A DNA stretch of 64,000 bases from Raja brachyura. Lineage: Eukaryota. The notes below the pieces were generated by a model. That model worked only from the letters and a program-made list of their open reading frames with translations, made no database searches and had not been told where the DNA came from. Shown piece after piece: positions 63,111-64,000 of this stretch. How positions within the stretch are numbered: position 1 is the first letter of the stretch; each line of letters starts with the position of its first letter. The position numbers were made by a program, and so were the translations under genes. The stretch is taken from positions 44,702,001 to 44,766,000 of the forward strand of contig OY740788.1 in the NCBI GenBank assembly GCA_963514005.1. The letters are read 5' to 3'.

Positions 63111-63699
63111 AGAATGAAAACTTAATGAAAACATTTGCAAAAGAATGGGCAATGTCAATCTTGTAGTACTCAAAATGGGTAGATTATGCATCCTTTAAAA
63201 ATACTTAATAATTTGTATAGTGGAATTTCTAGGTATGATTTTACAGTAACTTCAAGGATTCTAAACACTCCAATTAATCTTGAGTTGGGGGGGGGTTCCG
63301 CCGTGAGGTAGGGGAAGGGGGGGGAGAAAAAAAGGGGTACCTGGCACGGATACTCTGTCTTTGTAAGCACCCTTTATGGGCGACTATTTGCATACCTTGG
63401 GTATGCAAGCAAAGAATTTCACTGTGACTTGTCACATGTGACCATAAAGTATTCATTCATTCATTCATTTATGTGGCAACCACCAGGAGATCCTCAACCA
63501 GACAGATTTTTTGCATTTAAATGGGGGCAATCAACCTCTGCACCAAGTTAGATTTGGCACATCTACATCATTATAGAGAGAGCCAACTATAAAAGGCCTC
63601 TCCAATAAAAGCCATTTGGTTTAAACGCTTACATCAAATCACTGAATATTTCCTCAGTGGAGAAGGCCATGCAAGGCACAAACCAATGCCAATGTAACC

Positions 63700-64000
63700 A
63701 GGAGGATGTGATTGGACTGGGAAAGATGCAGAGAAGATTGACCAGGCTGCAGTCTGGGATGGATCATTTCAGAAACTGGATCGGCTGAGTTTGTTTTCCT
63801 TGGAGCAGAGGAAGCTGAGGTAAGACCTGGTAGAAATAAACAATATTAGGTGGGACATGAATAGAGTAGATAGTAGGAAATGTTTCCCCTTAGCTGAAGT
63901 GTCTAAAACTAGAGGGCATAGGTTTAATCAAAGGAGGAAGACATTTTGCAGGGATCTAGGAAAACGTTTTTCACCCAGAGCATGGCTAGACATAAATAAG
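63700..64000 (+). mobile_element. CR1 fragment running off the window end
   Basis: ttttccttggagcagaggaagctgagg...aaaactagagggcataggttta...ttttcacccagag. Confidence 0.75.

Noticed and set aside
63286-63340. G-run cluster, possible G-quadruplex
   Set aside because: Short low-complexity patch at the edge of a LINE tail with no supporting context

Overview
Eukaryotic, repeat-dense, apparently intergenic or intronic vertebrate DNA. The repeat repertoire (HE1-type V-SINEs, HER1/CR1 LINEs, Rex1/Babar, Penelope remnants) points to a cartilaginous fish such as a skate, ray or shark (inference). No intact host gene is recognisable. Main structures: (1) two full-length but disabled DIRS1-type tyrosine-recombinase retrotransposons (3959-15390, 19181-23769) with ITR/ICR termini. 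The first carries a 1-kb DNA transposon with a 7-bp TSD and a full-length L1. (2) A minisatellite-filled non-autonomous Helitron candidate. (3) Many SINE, CR1 and Penelope fragments. Most notable: two copies of an 88-nt HDV/CPEB3-like ribozyme fold, one forming the exact 5' end of a 150-bp TSD-flanked insertion; a 383-bp TSD-flanked element with two identical minimal hammerhead motifs 256 nt apart (retrozyme-like); a possible phase-0 intron joining the DIRS pol start codon to the YR ORF; and a conserved hairpin that could sequester the DIRS ICR. Everything was read by eye; boundaries of degraded repeats are approximate.
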